Assembly (NCBI GenBank): GCA_035540335.1
Contig: DATLHE010000195.1
Coordinates: 1-54,417, forward strand
DNA length: 54,417 nucleotides
Source: Thermomicrobiales bacterium
GTDB taxonomy: Bacteria; Chloroflexota; Chloroflexia; Thermomicrobiales; UBA6265
Reading direction: 5' to 3'
Below are positions 9,464 to 18,064 of this stretch, in pieces (the first letter of the stretch is position 1; the number at the start of each line of letters is the position of its first letter). A program made the position numbers and the translations under genes. The notes under the pieces were generated by a model, which ran no database searches, was not told where the DNA came from, and was given only the letters and a program-made list of their open reading frames with translations.

Positions 9464-9709
9464 TCAGGAGCGAGGGTCGTATGCGGGATTCCCGTCGGCT
9501 CCCGTGCCTGTCACAGGGATCAACGCACGAGCGTGACCACACGGATGCCAGCACACCACCACGCCGCGGGAGGGGCCGGTCCGCGATCGGCACGCCCCGT
9601 CGCTTGCGCCTTGGTGCCCCCTGCATCCCCAGCGCAGTTCGGGACCTGCGAGTTGGACGGCCTGGACGCCAATCACCAGCAAGAGCGGCCCTACCAGGAT
9701 GCGGTACAT
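9464..9709 (-). CDS. Candidate small exported Cys-containing protein (81 aa), unverified
   Basis: ATG 9709 lies 7 nt after a near-ideal SD (GAGGAGG). N-terminus is hydrophobic ('MYRILVGPLLLVIGVQAVQLAG'). Four Cys in the mature part. GC3 about 74%, lower than neighbouring genes. No family recognised. Confidence 0.3.
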   Translation of the reverse strand: MYRILVGPLLLVIGVQAVQLAGPELRWGCRGHQGASDGACRSRTGPSRGVVVCWHPCGHARALIPVTGTGADGNPAYDPRS

Positions 9710-10014
9710 CGGATTTCCTCCTCAACGTCTGGTCCTGCGCCGGCGAGCACGGGACGATCAACACGATCACCGCCTCCGACGGCGTGTATACCGCCATCGT
9801 CGAGCAGCCCCTCCTCTGCGAGGGAACAGAACGGGCGGGGCCGGGACACGCCTGGCTCTGGCTGCCCGCGAGCCATTAAAGCGGCTGCACGCTAGCCTCC
9901 CAACACGGATAACCAGCCTCATGCGGTACACTGGCGCCCTGAACGACATGTGCAAGGCGCTGGACCGCTGGCAGGGATGCCAAGAATGCGCGCACGACTT
10001 CGCGGGAGAAGGAC

Positions 10015-11481
10015 ATGGTCCGCAACGACGCCTCCACAAACGGTCCGGGGCTGCGCCGGCTTCCCTCGCGAGTGCCCGGGCTGGACGCCGTTCTCGGCGG
10101 CGGTCTGATGGTCGGCGACACCTACCTCATCGCCGGCACGCCCGGCACCGGCAAGACCACCTTGGGCAACCAACTGGCTTTTGCCCGTGCCGCCATGGGC
10201 TCCTCGGTGCTCTTCGCCACGCTGTTGACCGAGTCGCACGATCGGATGCTGGCCCACCTCGAAGGCTTCCAATTCTTCGACCGGGCGCTGGTCGGCGAGC
10301 GCATCCATTACCTCAGTTTGCTCGGTGTGCTCCAGGAAGAGGGCGTCGAGGGCGTGATGCACACGGTGCTCACGACGGTCCGAAGCCACCAGGCAAGCCT
10401 CCTGATTATTGACGGCGCCGGCGTGGCTCGCATGCTGACCGGCTCCGACTTTGACTACGCGCGTTTCATCCATGGGCTTCAGGCGCGCACGGCACTGCTT
10501 GGCTGCACGACACTCCTGCTCGCCGGCGAGCGTGAGGCGGATCCGGTCGCCACCCACGTTGACGGCGTGATCCAACTCGCCAACGAACCAGCCCAGGCGC
10601 GCGACGCGCGGTCGCTGCGGGTCGTCAAGCTGCGCGGTTCCGACTATCTCAATGGGCGCCATCGGTTCGCCATCGGCGACGCCGGCATCACGGTGTTTCC
10701 CCGGCTGGAAGCAGCGCACGCCAGGACGGAGCCAACATGGCACGAGCCAGATGAGCGGTTGACGTTCGGCATTCCCGGCCTCGATACCATGACAGGAGGA
10801 GGCCTGCCGGCCGGAAGCGTCACGGTGGTTCTTGGCACGCCGGGCGCGGGCAAGACGCTGCTGGGGCTGCATTTCCTGTCTGAAGGCGCGAGCCGCGGCG
10901 AGCCTGGGCTCATTGCCACGTTCCACGAGACAGCCGCCGCCTTGTCCTCCACGGCTGAGCGCGCCGGGATGAACCTCGGCTCGTATCTCGACACGGGCCT
11001 GGTGCGCGTGCTGTGGCGGCCGCCACTGGAGCTGGCGCCGGACGAGTGGGCGTGGCAGATGCTCGCCGTCATCGATGAATATCGGCCGCGTCGCCTTGTC
11101 ATCGACGCGTTCAGCGATCTCGTGCCGCTATTCGCGGTCCCGGAACGTCGGATCTTCTTCACGCCGGCACTCGCCCAGCAGCTGCGGGATCGTGGCGTCA
11201 CCACGCTCATCAACATGGAGATCGACACTTTCGCCGCCCCCTACTTGATCAGCCCCGTACAGAACGTCTCGGCCTCGGTCGACAATGCGGTCCTGCTGCG
11301 CACCGTGGAGCTGGGTTCCTCGCTGCGCCGGGTGGTGTCAATCCTCAAGGAGCGCCAGACCGGCTTTGATCCGACCATCCGCGAATTCGTGATTGATCCG
11401 CGGGGCATGGTCATCGGCGATCGATTGGACGCCGGTGGGCTCCTGACCGGTTCCGCCACTCCCTTGCCTGACAATGCGTAG
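10015..11481 (+). CDS. KaiC-like double RecA-domain ATPase
   Basis: 488 aa. Two Walker A motifs (GTPGTGKT, GTPGAGKT). C-terminal 'VSASVDNAVLLRTVELGSSLRRVVSILKERQTGFDPTIREF' aligns with cyanobacterial KaiC 'ISTITDTIILLQYVEIRGEMSRAINVFKMRGSWHDKAIREF' as recalled from memory. Confidence 0.88.
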   Translation: MVRNDASTNGPGLRRLPSRVPGLDAVLGGGLMVGDTYLIAGTPGTGKTTLGNQLAFARAAMGSSVLFATLLTESHDRMLAHLEGFQFFDRALVGERIHYLSLLGVLQEEGVEGVMHTVLTTVRSHQASLLIIDGAGVARMLTGSDFDYARFIHGLQARTALLGCTTLLLAGEREADPVATHVDGVIQLANEPAQARDARSLRVVKLRGSDYLNGRHRFAIGDAGITVFPRLEAAHARTEPTWHEPDERLTFGIPGLDTMTGGGLPAGSVTVVLGTPGAGKTLLGLHFLSEGASRGEPGLIATFHETAAALSSTAERAGMNLGSYLDTGLVRVLWRPPLELAPDEWAWQMLAVIDEYRPRRLVIDAFSDLVPLFAVPERRIFFTPALAQQLRDRGVTTLINMEIDTFAAPYLISPVQNVSASVDNAVLLRTVELGSSLRRVVSILKERQTGFDPTIREFVIDPRGMVIGDRLDAGGLLTGSATPLPDNA

Positions 11482-11507
11482 GGCATGGCTCGTGCGTAGC
11501 GGGGATC

Positions 11508-11873
11508 ATGAAGACGATCCTCGTCGTGGACGACGAACCCGACCTCCGCGAACTTCTGGTGGACGTCCTTCGCGGCGAGGGGTACCTCATGGTATGGGCC
11601 AGCAATGGTCAGGCCGCGCGTGCGCTGCTGGCAGAGCAGGCGGTCGATCTGGTGATCACCGACACCATGATGCCCGGACTTGATGGCGTGGGCTTGATCC
11701 GGTGGATGCGAGCCCAGCCGGAGTTGCGAAGCGTTCCGGCCATTCTCATCAGCGCCGCCCTCCGGCCGAATCTGGATGGGCTTGGCCACTGTGAGTTCAT
11801 GACCAAACCGTTTGAGCTGATCACGCTACTGGACGCGGTCACGACCGCACTTGGGCAATCGCCTCCCCAGTGA
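11508..11873 (+). CDS. Stand-alone response-regulator receiver domain (CheY-like)
   Basis: 121 aa. 'ILVVDDEPDLRELL', 'DLVITDTMMPGLDG', 'PAILISA', 'KPF'. No output domain. Starts 26 nt after the KaiC-like stop. Confidence 0.9.
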   Translation: MKTILVVDDEPDLRELLVDVLRGEGYLMVWASNGQAARALLAEQAVDLVITDTMMPGLDGVGLIRWMRAQPELRSVPAILISAALRPNLDGLGHCEFMTKPFELITLLDAVTTALGQSPPQ

Positions 11874-12033
11874 CGAGTGCAGCGCGCTGCATGACCGGTT
11901 CGCCAACCACCACCAGTCCGTGAAGTCGCCGCGGTACACGAGGGGCACGTAACCTGGCCGGCAAGAACGACGGCTGGTATGCCTCAGCGGACCCGATCCG
12001 GACCGGAGGGGTGTGGGGATGTCTGCATCCTCG

Positions 12034-12483
12034 TCACCGGTCCGGCAGCGCCTCGCTGACCGTCGACCAGGACGGCGCGCCCTCCTGCGCGAACAGGATC
12101 CGCCCGTCCTCCCCGATCACAAACACCGACCGCAGGATCCCGCCGTCCGGCCTCACGGCGCCGTAGGCGGTGGCGGCGTCCTTGTCGGCATCGACCAGCA
12201 GGTCAAACTCCAGCTGATACGCGTCGCAGAACTGCGCGTGGCTCGCAGCATCGTCTGGGCTGATGCCCACCGGCTCGACCCCGGCCGCGCGGATGTCGGC
12301 CAGGCTCCGCTGCACGGCCATCAGCTGGGTCGTGCAACCCGAGGTGAAGTCCTGCGGGTAGAACACGAGCATGATCCGGGACGATGCCGTGTGATCGCGC
12401 AGCCGGAATGCCTTGCCGGACCCGGTCTTTGCCTGGATGTCGGGTGCCTCGGCACCAGTCTCGAGCAACGCCATGATGACCAT
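12034..12483 (-). CDS. bcp: Peroxiredoxin, Bcp/PrxQ type
   Basis: ORF 12034..12750 trimmed to ATG 12483 (AGGAG SD), giving 149 aa. Peroxidatic-Cys motif 'FYPQDFTSGCTTQ'. Confidence 0.9.
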   Translation of the reverse strand: MVIMALLETGAEAPDIQAKTGSGKAFRLRDHTASSRIMLVFYPQDFTSGCTTQLMAVQRSLADIRAAGVEPVGISPDDAASHAQFCDAYQLEFDLLVDADKDAATAYGAVRPDGGILRSVFVIGEDGRILFAQEGAPSWSTVSEALPDR

Positions 12484-12773
12484 CTCCTGAGGTGACGGCG
12501 CGGCCGGTCGAACGCGACGACTGTGTCCGGGGACACCGGCACCAGCCACGCGGTGCGCGCCTGTCCACAGGATAGCCGCCTCAGCCGCGAACGGCGCGCA
12601 TCCACGCATGCGGCCATGCACCCGGCCGCTGGGCCTGGTGCGCGTAGATTTCGGTGAGCTGCGGAATCGACAGCTCGCCGTAGGTCTGGCCAGCGCTCGA
12701 TCGCCGATCCTGCCCCGGACGACACCGAAGGCGGCGGCCAGGACGAGCAAGCTGTTGCGGCAACGACGGCACG

Positions 12774-13862
12774 TTAGCCTTGTGGCAATGGCTCGCCCGC
12801 GATGACCCTCTCATAGATTTCCATGTGTTGCCGGGCGATGCGCTCGCGGTCGAAGAGCCGTTCCGCCTGCGCGCGGCATGCGGCCGGGTCGAGCGCCATG
12901 GCCCGCGGCACGGCCCGCACCATCTCCTCCTCGTCCGCGCACAGCACCCCCGTCTCGCCGTCGAGGATCAGCTCCGGCGCCGCTCCTCGTGCCAGCGCGA
13001 TCACCGGCGTGCCGCGCGCGCTGGCCTCGGCCATCACCAGGCCAAACGGCTCCTCCCACGGTGAGGGGAACAGCACCGCCGCCGCGTGCCCGATCAGCTC
13101 GTCCTTCTCCTGCCCGTCGACCTCGCCGACGAACTTCGCCAGGTTCTTGATCGACAGCACGAGCGGCCGGACCACGGCATCGAAGTACGCCTGTTCCTCC
13201 GTGGTGACGCGCAGCGCCATCATCAGGGGAACATCCGCCGCCTGAGCGACCCGGATGGCGGCGTCCGGCCCCTTCTCCCAGTGACATCGACCGAGGAAGG
13301 CCAGATACCCTCGCTTTTGGTCAGCGGCGTAGAAGCGCGTGCCGGCGACGTCGAGTGGGTTATGGACGACCCCGGCGAAGGCGATGTGCTGCCCGGGTCC
13401 GAAGCGCTGCTGCACCGCCTCGACGAACAGGTCGTGCTGGCGGTGGCTGATGGCGATGAAGCGATCCCCGCGCCGCGACAGCCGTCGGTAGTGCGCCAGG
13501 ACCGAGGCGGTCACCGGGCCATGGATCGTGCGCACGATGGGGATCGGAAAGTCGCGCGGCGGCAGAGAATCGGTGTGGTCGTGGATGACGTCGGCGCCTT
13601 CCTCAAGGGCCCGTCGGTAGGCGATCCGACTGGCATCGAGCAGATGCCGATGCTTCTGCGCCTCCGTCATGTTGAGCCCGACTGGGCGGGAGACGGTCGG
13701 GATGTGGCGCGCCCGTGTCCGCGAACCGGCAGGCGCGCACAGCACAACGTCACACCCGGCGGCGACCAAGCCGTCGGTGAGATCGTAAACGACCCGCTCG
13801 ATGCCGCCGTAGCCGGCGGGCGGAATCGGGTACCAGGGAGGGGCAATCTGGACAACGCGCAT
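12774..13862 (-). CDS. Glycosyltransferase family 4 (GT-B fold)
   Basis: ORF 12774..14288 trimmed to ATG 13862 (GAGG SD). N-terminus 'MRVVQIAPPWYPIPPAGYGGIERVV'. C-terminal 'EEPFGLVMAEASARGTPVIA' is typical of GT4. Confidence 0.85.
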   Translation of the reverse strand: MRVVQIAPPWYPIPPAGYGGIERVVYDLTDGLVAAGCDVVLCAPAGSRTRARHIPTVSRPVGLNMTEAQKHRHLLDASRIAYRRALEEGADVIHDHTDSLPPRDFPIPIVRTIHGPVTASVLAHYRRLSRRGDRFIAISHRQHDLFVEAVQQRFGPGQHIAFAGVVHNPLDVAGTRFYAADQKRGYLAFLGRCHWEKGPDAAIRVAQAADVPLMMALRVTTEEQAYFDAVVRPLVLSIKNLAKFVGEVDGQEKDELIGHAAAVLFPSPWEEPFGLVMAEASARGTPVIALARGAAPELILDGETGVLCADEEEMVRAVPRAMALDPAACRAQAERLFDRERIARQHMEIYERVIAGEPLPQG

Positions 13863-14284
13863 GGTGACCTCATCCGGGGTCGTCGGCCCGATACGTGACC
13901 ACTGGCGAAGGCCTCGAGCCCAAGGGCGGACAGCGGAGCAGACACGATGCAAGAGTTGGGCCACGCACCTTGCGGATCGTCTGGCTCCATGTGCCTCGTG
14001 CCACCCGCGCATTGCCTCAAGCGATTCGGCAGCAGGATTTCGTCGGGGGCCATGTGTCACTGGCTTCGATGTGCTCGGTGAGCACGACGACAGGCTGGCG
14101 ACCCGCCGCAACCGTCGTGGCGCGCATCGTGGGGGCCAGCACGCATGGTCCAGCAGCCCCATCACCTTCGCTATCCGATCCCGGCACCACACGAGCCGTG
14201 GTGCCTCACCCGTCAGGGTGGCATTCACCTGCGAGCGCCGCCATGTGCCACTCGGGTCAGGAGAACATGTCTCGTATGGGGAGA

Positions 14285-14995
14285 TCATGCTCCCGACGCC
14301 AGTTCGTGGAGCAGGTCGGCGACCTCTCGCGGATGGGTCAGCGGGGCAGCATGGCTGGCCGCCAGCTCACGATAGTGCCACGTGGGTTCACTCCTGATCC
14401 GGGCATCTTCCCGCTGGTTGATCGCGCTCGCCGGGTCGTACCCGATGGTGCAGCGAACGTAGGTGGTCGGGATCGCGGCACCGGTCCCCGTCAACCGAAT
14501 GGGCAGAATCCGGGTCTTGAGCAAGTCCGGGGTGTGCCGCGCCCAGAGCCACTGTCGGGTTTCGACCGGCAAATCGTCGGTCCCAAAGGGAGGCGGATAG
14601 CGCCAGCCGTCGCCGTGTGCGCGGGCCTGCGCTTCCTTTTCGGCATGGACACTGGGCGGGCTGCTCGTGTCCCCGTCCCGTGGCACGTCCGCATCGAGGT
14701 AGATGATCTGGGCGACCCGCTCGGGGACCCGATCGGCGACGCCGGCGACGATCATGCCACCGTAGCTCCAGCCCACCAGCACGACACCGGTCAGGTCCTC
14801 GAAGTACAGCACGTTGACGACATCGGTGATGTGCGTGTCCAGGTCGACGTGTGGACCCGCAAGATGGATCCGTTCCCCAACCCCCGTCAGGCTGGGCGTA
14901 TGGACGTCGTGGCCGGCTGTCCGCAGATGGGGCACGACCCAGCGCCAGCTGAAGCTGCCGAAATACGAGCCGTGCACCAGCACCAGCGTCGCCAT
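14285..14995 (-). CDS. Alpha/beta hydrolase (esterase-like)
   Basis: 236 aa. 'LVLVHGSYFGSFSW' and nucleophile elbow 'GWSYGG'. GGGGGAGG SD before ATG 14995. Confidence 0.85.
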   Translation of the reverse strand: MATLVLVHGSYFGSFSWRWVVPHLRTAGHDVHTPSLTGVGERIHLAGPHVDLDTHITDVVNVLYFEDLTGVVLVGWSYGGMIVAGVADRVPERVAQIIYLDADVPRDGDTSSPPSVHAEKEAQARAHGDGWRYPPPFGTDDLPVETRQWLWARHTPDLLKTRILPIRLTGTGAAIPTTYVRCTIGYDPASAINQREDARIRSEPTWHYRELAASHAAPLTHPREVADLLHELASGA

Positions 14996-15167
14996 GCGCC
15001 TCCCCCAACCCGTGCGCCGGACTCGGTGAGGCCGGCCCCTGTTGCAGCATTCGTTCGTGGACCCGTGGCCCCATCATAGGGCAATGGTCTCCTCCCCTCG
15101 CCCATCAGCGCGTCAGCGTCCGCTCGATCTTTTCCGGGAGCAGGACACCGGCACGTCGGTCATAGCA

Positions 15168-15208
15168 GCGTCATCCCCAGGATCGGGGCCTCGACCCCGG
15201 GATGACGC
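15168..15208. repeat. Long hairpin GCGTCATCCC...GGGATGACGC with inner GGGG/CCCC stem
   Basis: Perfect 10-bp outer arms plus an inner 4-bp stem. Lies between the stop of 15256..15798 and the start of 14285..14995. No U-tract. Related to the 'gtcatcc/gaatgac' repeat family. Confidence 0.7.
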
Positions 15209-15255
15209 CGCGCCGGTCGGGGACGCTGGCGGAGGAGATTGGCGATGCCCGCGGT

Positions 15256-15798
15256 TTACGAGGTCGGGGTGGCGGGCGCGGGCGTCCAGGTGGGGACCAC
15301 GTCCAGCGGGGCGTTCAGCTGGTCTGGCGGCACCGGATGCAGTCGCGCACCGTGGACGCTGCCGCCTCCCGTGTTGAGCACCGTGCCATCGGCACCGACG
15401 ACCATGAGGGAATAATCCTCCGTCCAGCTCTCGCCGGATGGATCGACCTCGATGTTCCCGCTGACGACGACGTAGTTGTTGGCCGGCGGGAAGACGTGCA
15501 CCCACGTGTGGAGCACGGTGTTCGGTCCGTTTGGCTCCCACACGCCGGCGTGTCCCATGCCGGCGTCGACGAACGTCCCGTCGGCGTGAAAGACCGCGAC
15601 CACGGGGGGCATGGGCGGCTCCACAAATGTAAGGATCCAGGTTCCGACAATGGGGTTGGTGGCCATTGGCGCGGGCGACGCCTCCTGCGCGGCGACGGGA
15701 TGCGTGGCGGCGGCGAGGACGAGACCGGCACCGCTCGCGGTGAGGCCGGCGAGTGCGTGGCGACGCGACAGGTTGGCGGAGGATTGGTGAGCTGTCAT
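15256..15798 (-). CDS. Hypothetical exported protein (Tat signal)
   Basis: ORF 15256..15930 trimmed to ATG 15798 (GGGAG SD). 'MTAHQSSANLSRRHALAGLTASGAGLVLAAATHPVAAQ' is a twin-arginine-like signal. No family recognised. Confidence 0.62.
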   Translation of the reverse strand: MTAHQSSANLSRRHALAGLTASGAGLVLAAATHPVAAQEASPAPMATNPIVGTWILTFVEPPMPPVVAVFHADGTFVDAGMGHAGVWEPNGPNTVLHTWVHVFPPANNYVVVSGNIEVDPSGESWTEDYSLMVVGADGTVLNTGGGSVHGARLHPVPPDQLNAPLDVVPTWTPAPATPTS

Positions 15799-16416
15799 GG
15801 CGGAAACTCCCGGTTTCGTGAGCACGCACAATGATCGTTGGATGTCCCTTGCGCTCATGGTCACGAAGCCCGTGGCGCCGCAACCTCCCTCATCGGGCAC
15901 GGAAGCGTGTCCGCCCGGGGCGCTGCGCATTCCGAGCGGTGCAGGTTGGTCTGTGGTGCCTCACGCCAATGTACCGCAGACCGGCATAAGGTCAATCTGC
16001 CGCGCCGCCGCAGGGGCTAGGGCCCGGAGCCGCATCACCTCGATGCCGATGAGGATCTCTTCCTCGGCGTAGCTCGCGCATACGGATGCCGAACATTGGC
16101 ATTCTCTGGTTTACTTATGCCACCGGATGATCCCTGATCCCGAACGAGCCCCCAATCCGATGCCGGATCCGGAAGCGCTTGCCCGAATCGATATCGACCG
16201 CCAGCTGGCGCCGGCCCGGTGGACGGGGTCGCAATCGAAAAGGAGCGGGCGGTTGGTGGAGTCTGAGGCGTTGACGTGAGCGGTCGGCCACATGATCGAC
16301 CAGACCCTGATTGGCCAGGGGGCTCCTGCCGGTCGATCAAGGTCCGCCCGTATTCCTGACGAAAAGGTGCTCCATTCGCCAGCACACCCATGGCCAACCG
16401 TGTCCACAACGTGTTT

Positions 16417-16481
16417 GTAGGGGCGACACTGTGTGGTCGCCCTTGAGATTCGAGAGGGCGACCACAGAGGGTCGCCCCTAC
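16417..16481. repeat. Nested hairpin element GTAGGGGCGAC...GGTCGCCC...AGGGCGACC...GTCGCCCCTAC
   Basis: Outer and inner inverted repeats seen directly. A half-copy 'GAGGTCGCCCCTACC' recurs at 18027-18043. Confidence 0.7.
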
Positions 16482-16509
16482 CGGCTTCGGCGCTGGAGGG
16501 AACACCCAC

Positions 16510-16935
16510 ATGCTGTCCTTCGACACGTCGGTCTCGCGCACGATCCTGATCCATGTCGCGCCGGGGGAGGATCTGCTGCGGGAGCTGGAGCGGGCGGCGC
16601 AGGTGCACGGGGTGCGGAACGGGGTGTTCGTCTCGGGGGCGGGGTCGCTCTCGCGCTACCACTACCACGTCGTCAGCAGCACGGAGCTGCCGCCGGAGAA
16701 CGCGTTCGTCGAGCGCGAGGGGGCGGTCGACATCCTCGCCATCACCGGGTTCGTGCTCGGCGGGCGAGTGCACGCGCACCTGACGATCGCCAACGACCTG
16801 ATGGCGATGGGCGGGCACCTGGAGCCGGGGTGCAGGGTGCTGACCTTCGCGATGGTCGCGCTGGCGGAGACGCGGGGCGCCGATATGTCGGACTGGGACC
16901 GCGTCACCGGGCGGGATATACGGCGGCTCCGATGA
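16510..16935 (+). CDS. PPC (DUF296) domain protein
   Basis: 141 aa. 'ILIHVAPGEDLLRELERAAQVHGVRNGVFVSGAGSL ... GRVHAHLTIAN..MAMGGHL' matches the plant/prokaryote-conserved DUF296 pattern. GGAGGGA SD. Confidence 0.72.
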   Translation: MLSFDTSVSRTILIHVAPGEDLLRELERAAQVHGVRNGVFVSGAGSLSRYHYHVVSSTELPPENAFVEREGAVDILAITGFVLGGRVHAHLTIANDLMAMGGHLEPGCRVLTFAMVALAETRGADMSDWDRVTGRDIRRLR

Positions 16936-16937
16936 AG

Positions 16938-17120
16938 ACTGCCACCCTCCCCCTACACAAACAACTTGGCCATCTGGGCAGCCTTCCATAACGTTGAGAA
17001 GGCTGCCACGTTTCCTCGAATAACCTGGCCACCTAGGAAGATCCCGCCAGATCAAGAAAAGCGGCCCCGAGAGACCCCAGGCTGCCACCGGCCAGGTTGT
17101 TTGCGTTGGCAGCCTTCTCC
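16938..17120. repeat. Family-C ~180-bp dispersed repeat, copy 1
   Basis: Shares an exact 26-mer (16967-16992 TGGCCATCTGGGCAGCCTTCCATAAC) with the reverse complement of 26890-26915. Flanking blocks also match (AAGGCTGCCA, GAATAACCTGGCCACCT, CCACCGGCCAGGTT.TT.GCGTTGGCA). Confidence 0.8.
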
Positions 17121-17537
17121 CTACACGTACGAGGTCCAGCCGCTCACGCGTCGCACGAGGTCGTCCCGGATGCTCGGTCGCTCCTCCGGCGATGAGGCGC
17201 GCCACGAGACGAGCTGATCCGCCACCGTGCGGTATTCATCCTCGCTCGGGACGGTCACACCATTCCGGCCCAGAAACATGTAGAGGGAGAGCGTCGCGAT
17301 GCGCTTGTTGCCATCGACCCATGCGTGTGCCAGAGCGATGTGCAACATGAGCTCAACTGCTTGCTCCGCGAGGCTCGCATCTTCGTACCAGGCCAGATTT
17401 CGAGGATGATGCACGGCGCTCTGCAACGCGTCTTCGCGAACAAGGGCTCCCGGGTCCTGGCCCGAGGCTCGCATCGCGAGGTCGTAGAGCGCAATGACAT
17501 CTCCGACGGTGAGATAGACGACCGCCTTTTGCCCCAC
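17121..17537 (-). CDS. doc: Doc (death-on-curing) Fic-fold toxin
   Basis: 138 aa. Motif 'HIALAHAWVDGNKRIA' fits H-x-[FW]-x-[DN]-G-N-K-R. GTG start lies 1 nt after the antitoxin stop. Confidence 0.85.
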   Translation of the reverse strand: MGQKAVVYLTVGDVIALYDLAMRASGQDPGALVREDALQSAVHHPRNLAWYEDASLAEQAVELMLHIALAHAWVDGNKRIATLSLYMFLGRNGVTVPSEDEYRTVADQLVSWRASSPEERPSIRDDLVRRVSGWTSYV

Positions 17538-17538
17538 G

Positions 17539-17754
17539 TCACTTGTCCTTCAGGTATCGCATTACCGGGTCAATGACATCCTTTCCCTCATCGTAGAGTC
17601 GTGCAAGCTCAGGCCGCAATGCGGGCTTGAGCTCCATCGGCGTGACGTCGATCGCGACGATCTGGCCCTCGCGCAGGTTCAGACGCTCGACCTCTTCCTT
17701 CGGGATCGTCACGACGAGGCTGTTGCCGGAGCGGCGGAGTTGCTGGGTGATCAT
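17539..17754 (-). CDS. AbrB/SpoVT-fold antitoxin
   Basis: 71 aa. 'RRSGNSLVVTIPKEEVERLNLREGQIVAIDV' is a swapped-hairpin AbrB/MazE-like domain. Sits immediately upstream of doc. Confidence 0.8.
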   Translation of the reverse strand: MITQQLRRSGNSLVVTIPKEEVERLNLREGQIVAIDVTPMELKPALRPELARLYDEGKDVIDPVMRYLKDK

Positions 17755-18064
17755 CGGGTGGCTCGTTTCATGTCAATTCGGCTGCTCGACGTGGTAGCAC
17801 TATAGCAAAAAGAAGACAAGAAGACTCAGCGATCGGTTCGCCGACGCGAACGTGCCACGCGTCCCGGCCCCGGCCACAGGTTCGACACGAGGACCAAGGA
17901 TTCGATCGGGGCATGTGTAGCGGGCAGGCTTTGGTGCCCGCCCGCGCGACCGGAGTTCGTGACCCAGCCTACAGATGCGATACACGACCCGGGATTACAG
18001 GATGAGCATGTGTCGGGCGGACATAAGAGGTCGCCCCTACCCTGCCCATGGCCTTGTGTGACGC

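Noticed and set aside
9699-10412. ORFs 9699..10412 (+) and 9383..9895 (+) in the corA/KaiC-like spacer, overlapping the KaiC-like start.
   Set aside because: They have an Arg/His-rich composition and no SD. They overlap the well-supported KaiC-like gene out of frame.
13861-14397. 178-aa ORF in the GT4 leader region.
   Set aside because: It has a non-protein-like composition (Arg/Cys/His/Trp-rich), no SD, and overlaps the hydrolase gene end. It is treated as non-coding leader instead.
16127-16279. 50-codon ORF 'MIPDPERAPNPMPDPEALARIDIDRQLAPARWTG...' resembling the N-terminal 'E..AR..ID.QL..AGW' motif of type I/III restriction-enzyme or helicase subunits. It could be a relic of a lost restriction or defence gene in the 15931-16509 spacer.
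   Set aside because: Only ~17 residues resemble the motif. The key Gly is replaced, a stop follows almost at once, and I found no continuation in any frame. It is too weak to annotate as a pseudogene without a database search.
17785-17830. tRNA-like impression of 'GGTAGCACTATAGC' and the small ORF 17800..17985.
   Set aside because: No cloverleaf can be drawn: there is no acceptor stem or T-loop GTTCRA motif. The ORF is Arg-rich with a hydrophobic tail read from an AT-rich promoter-like patch.
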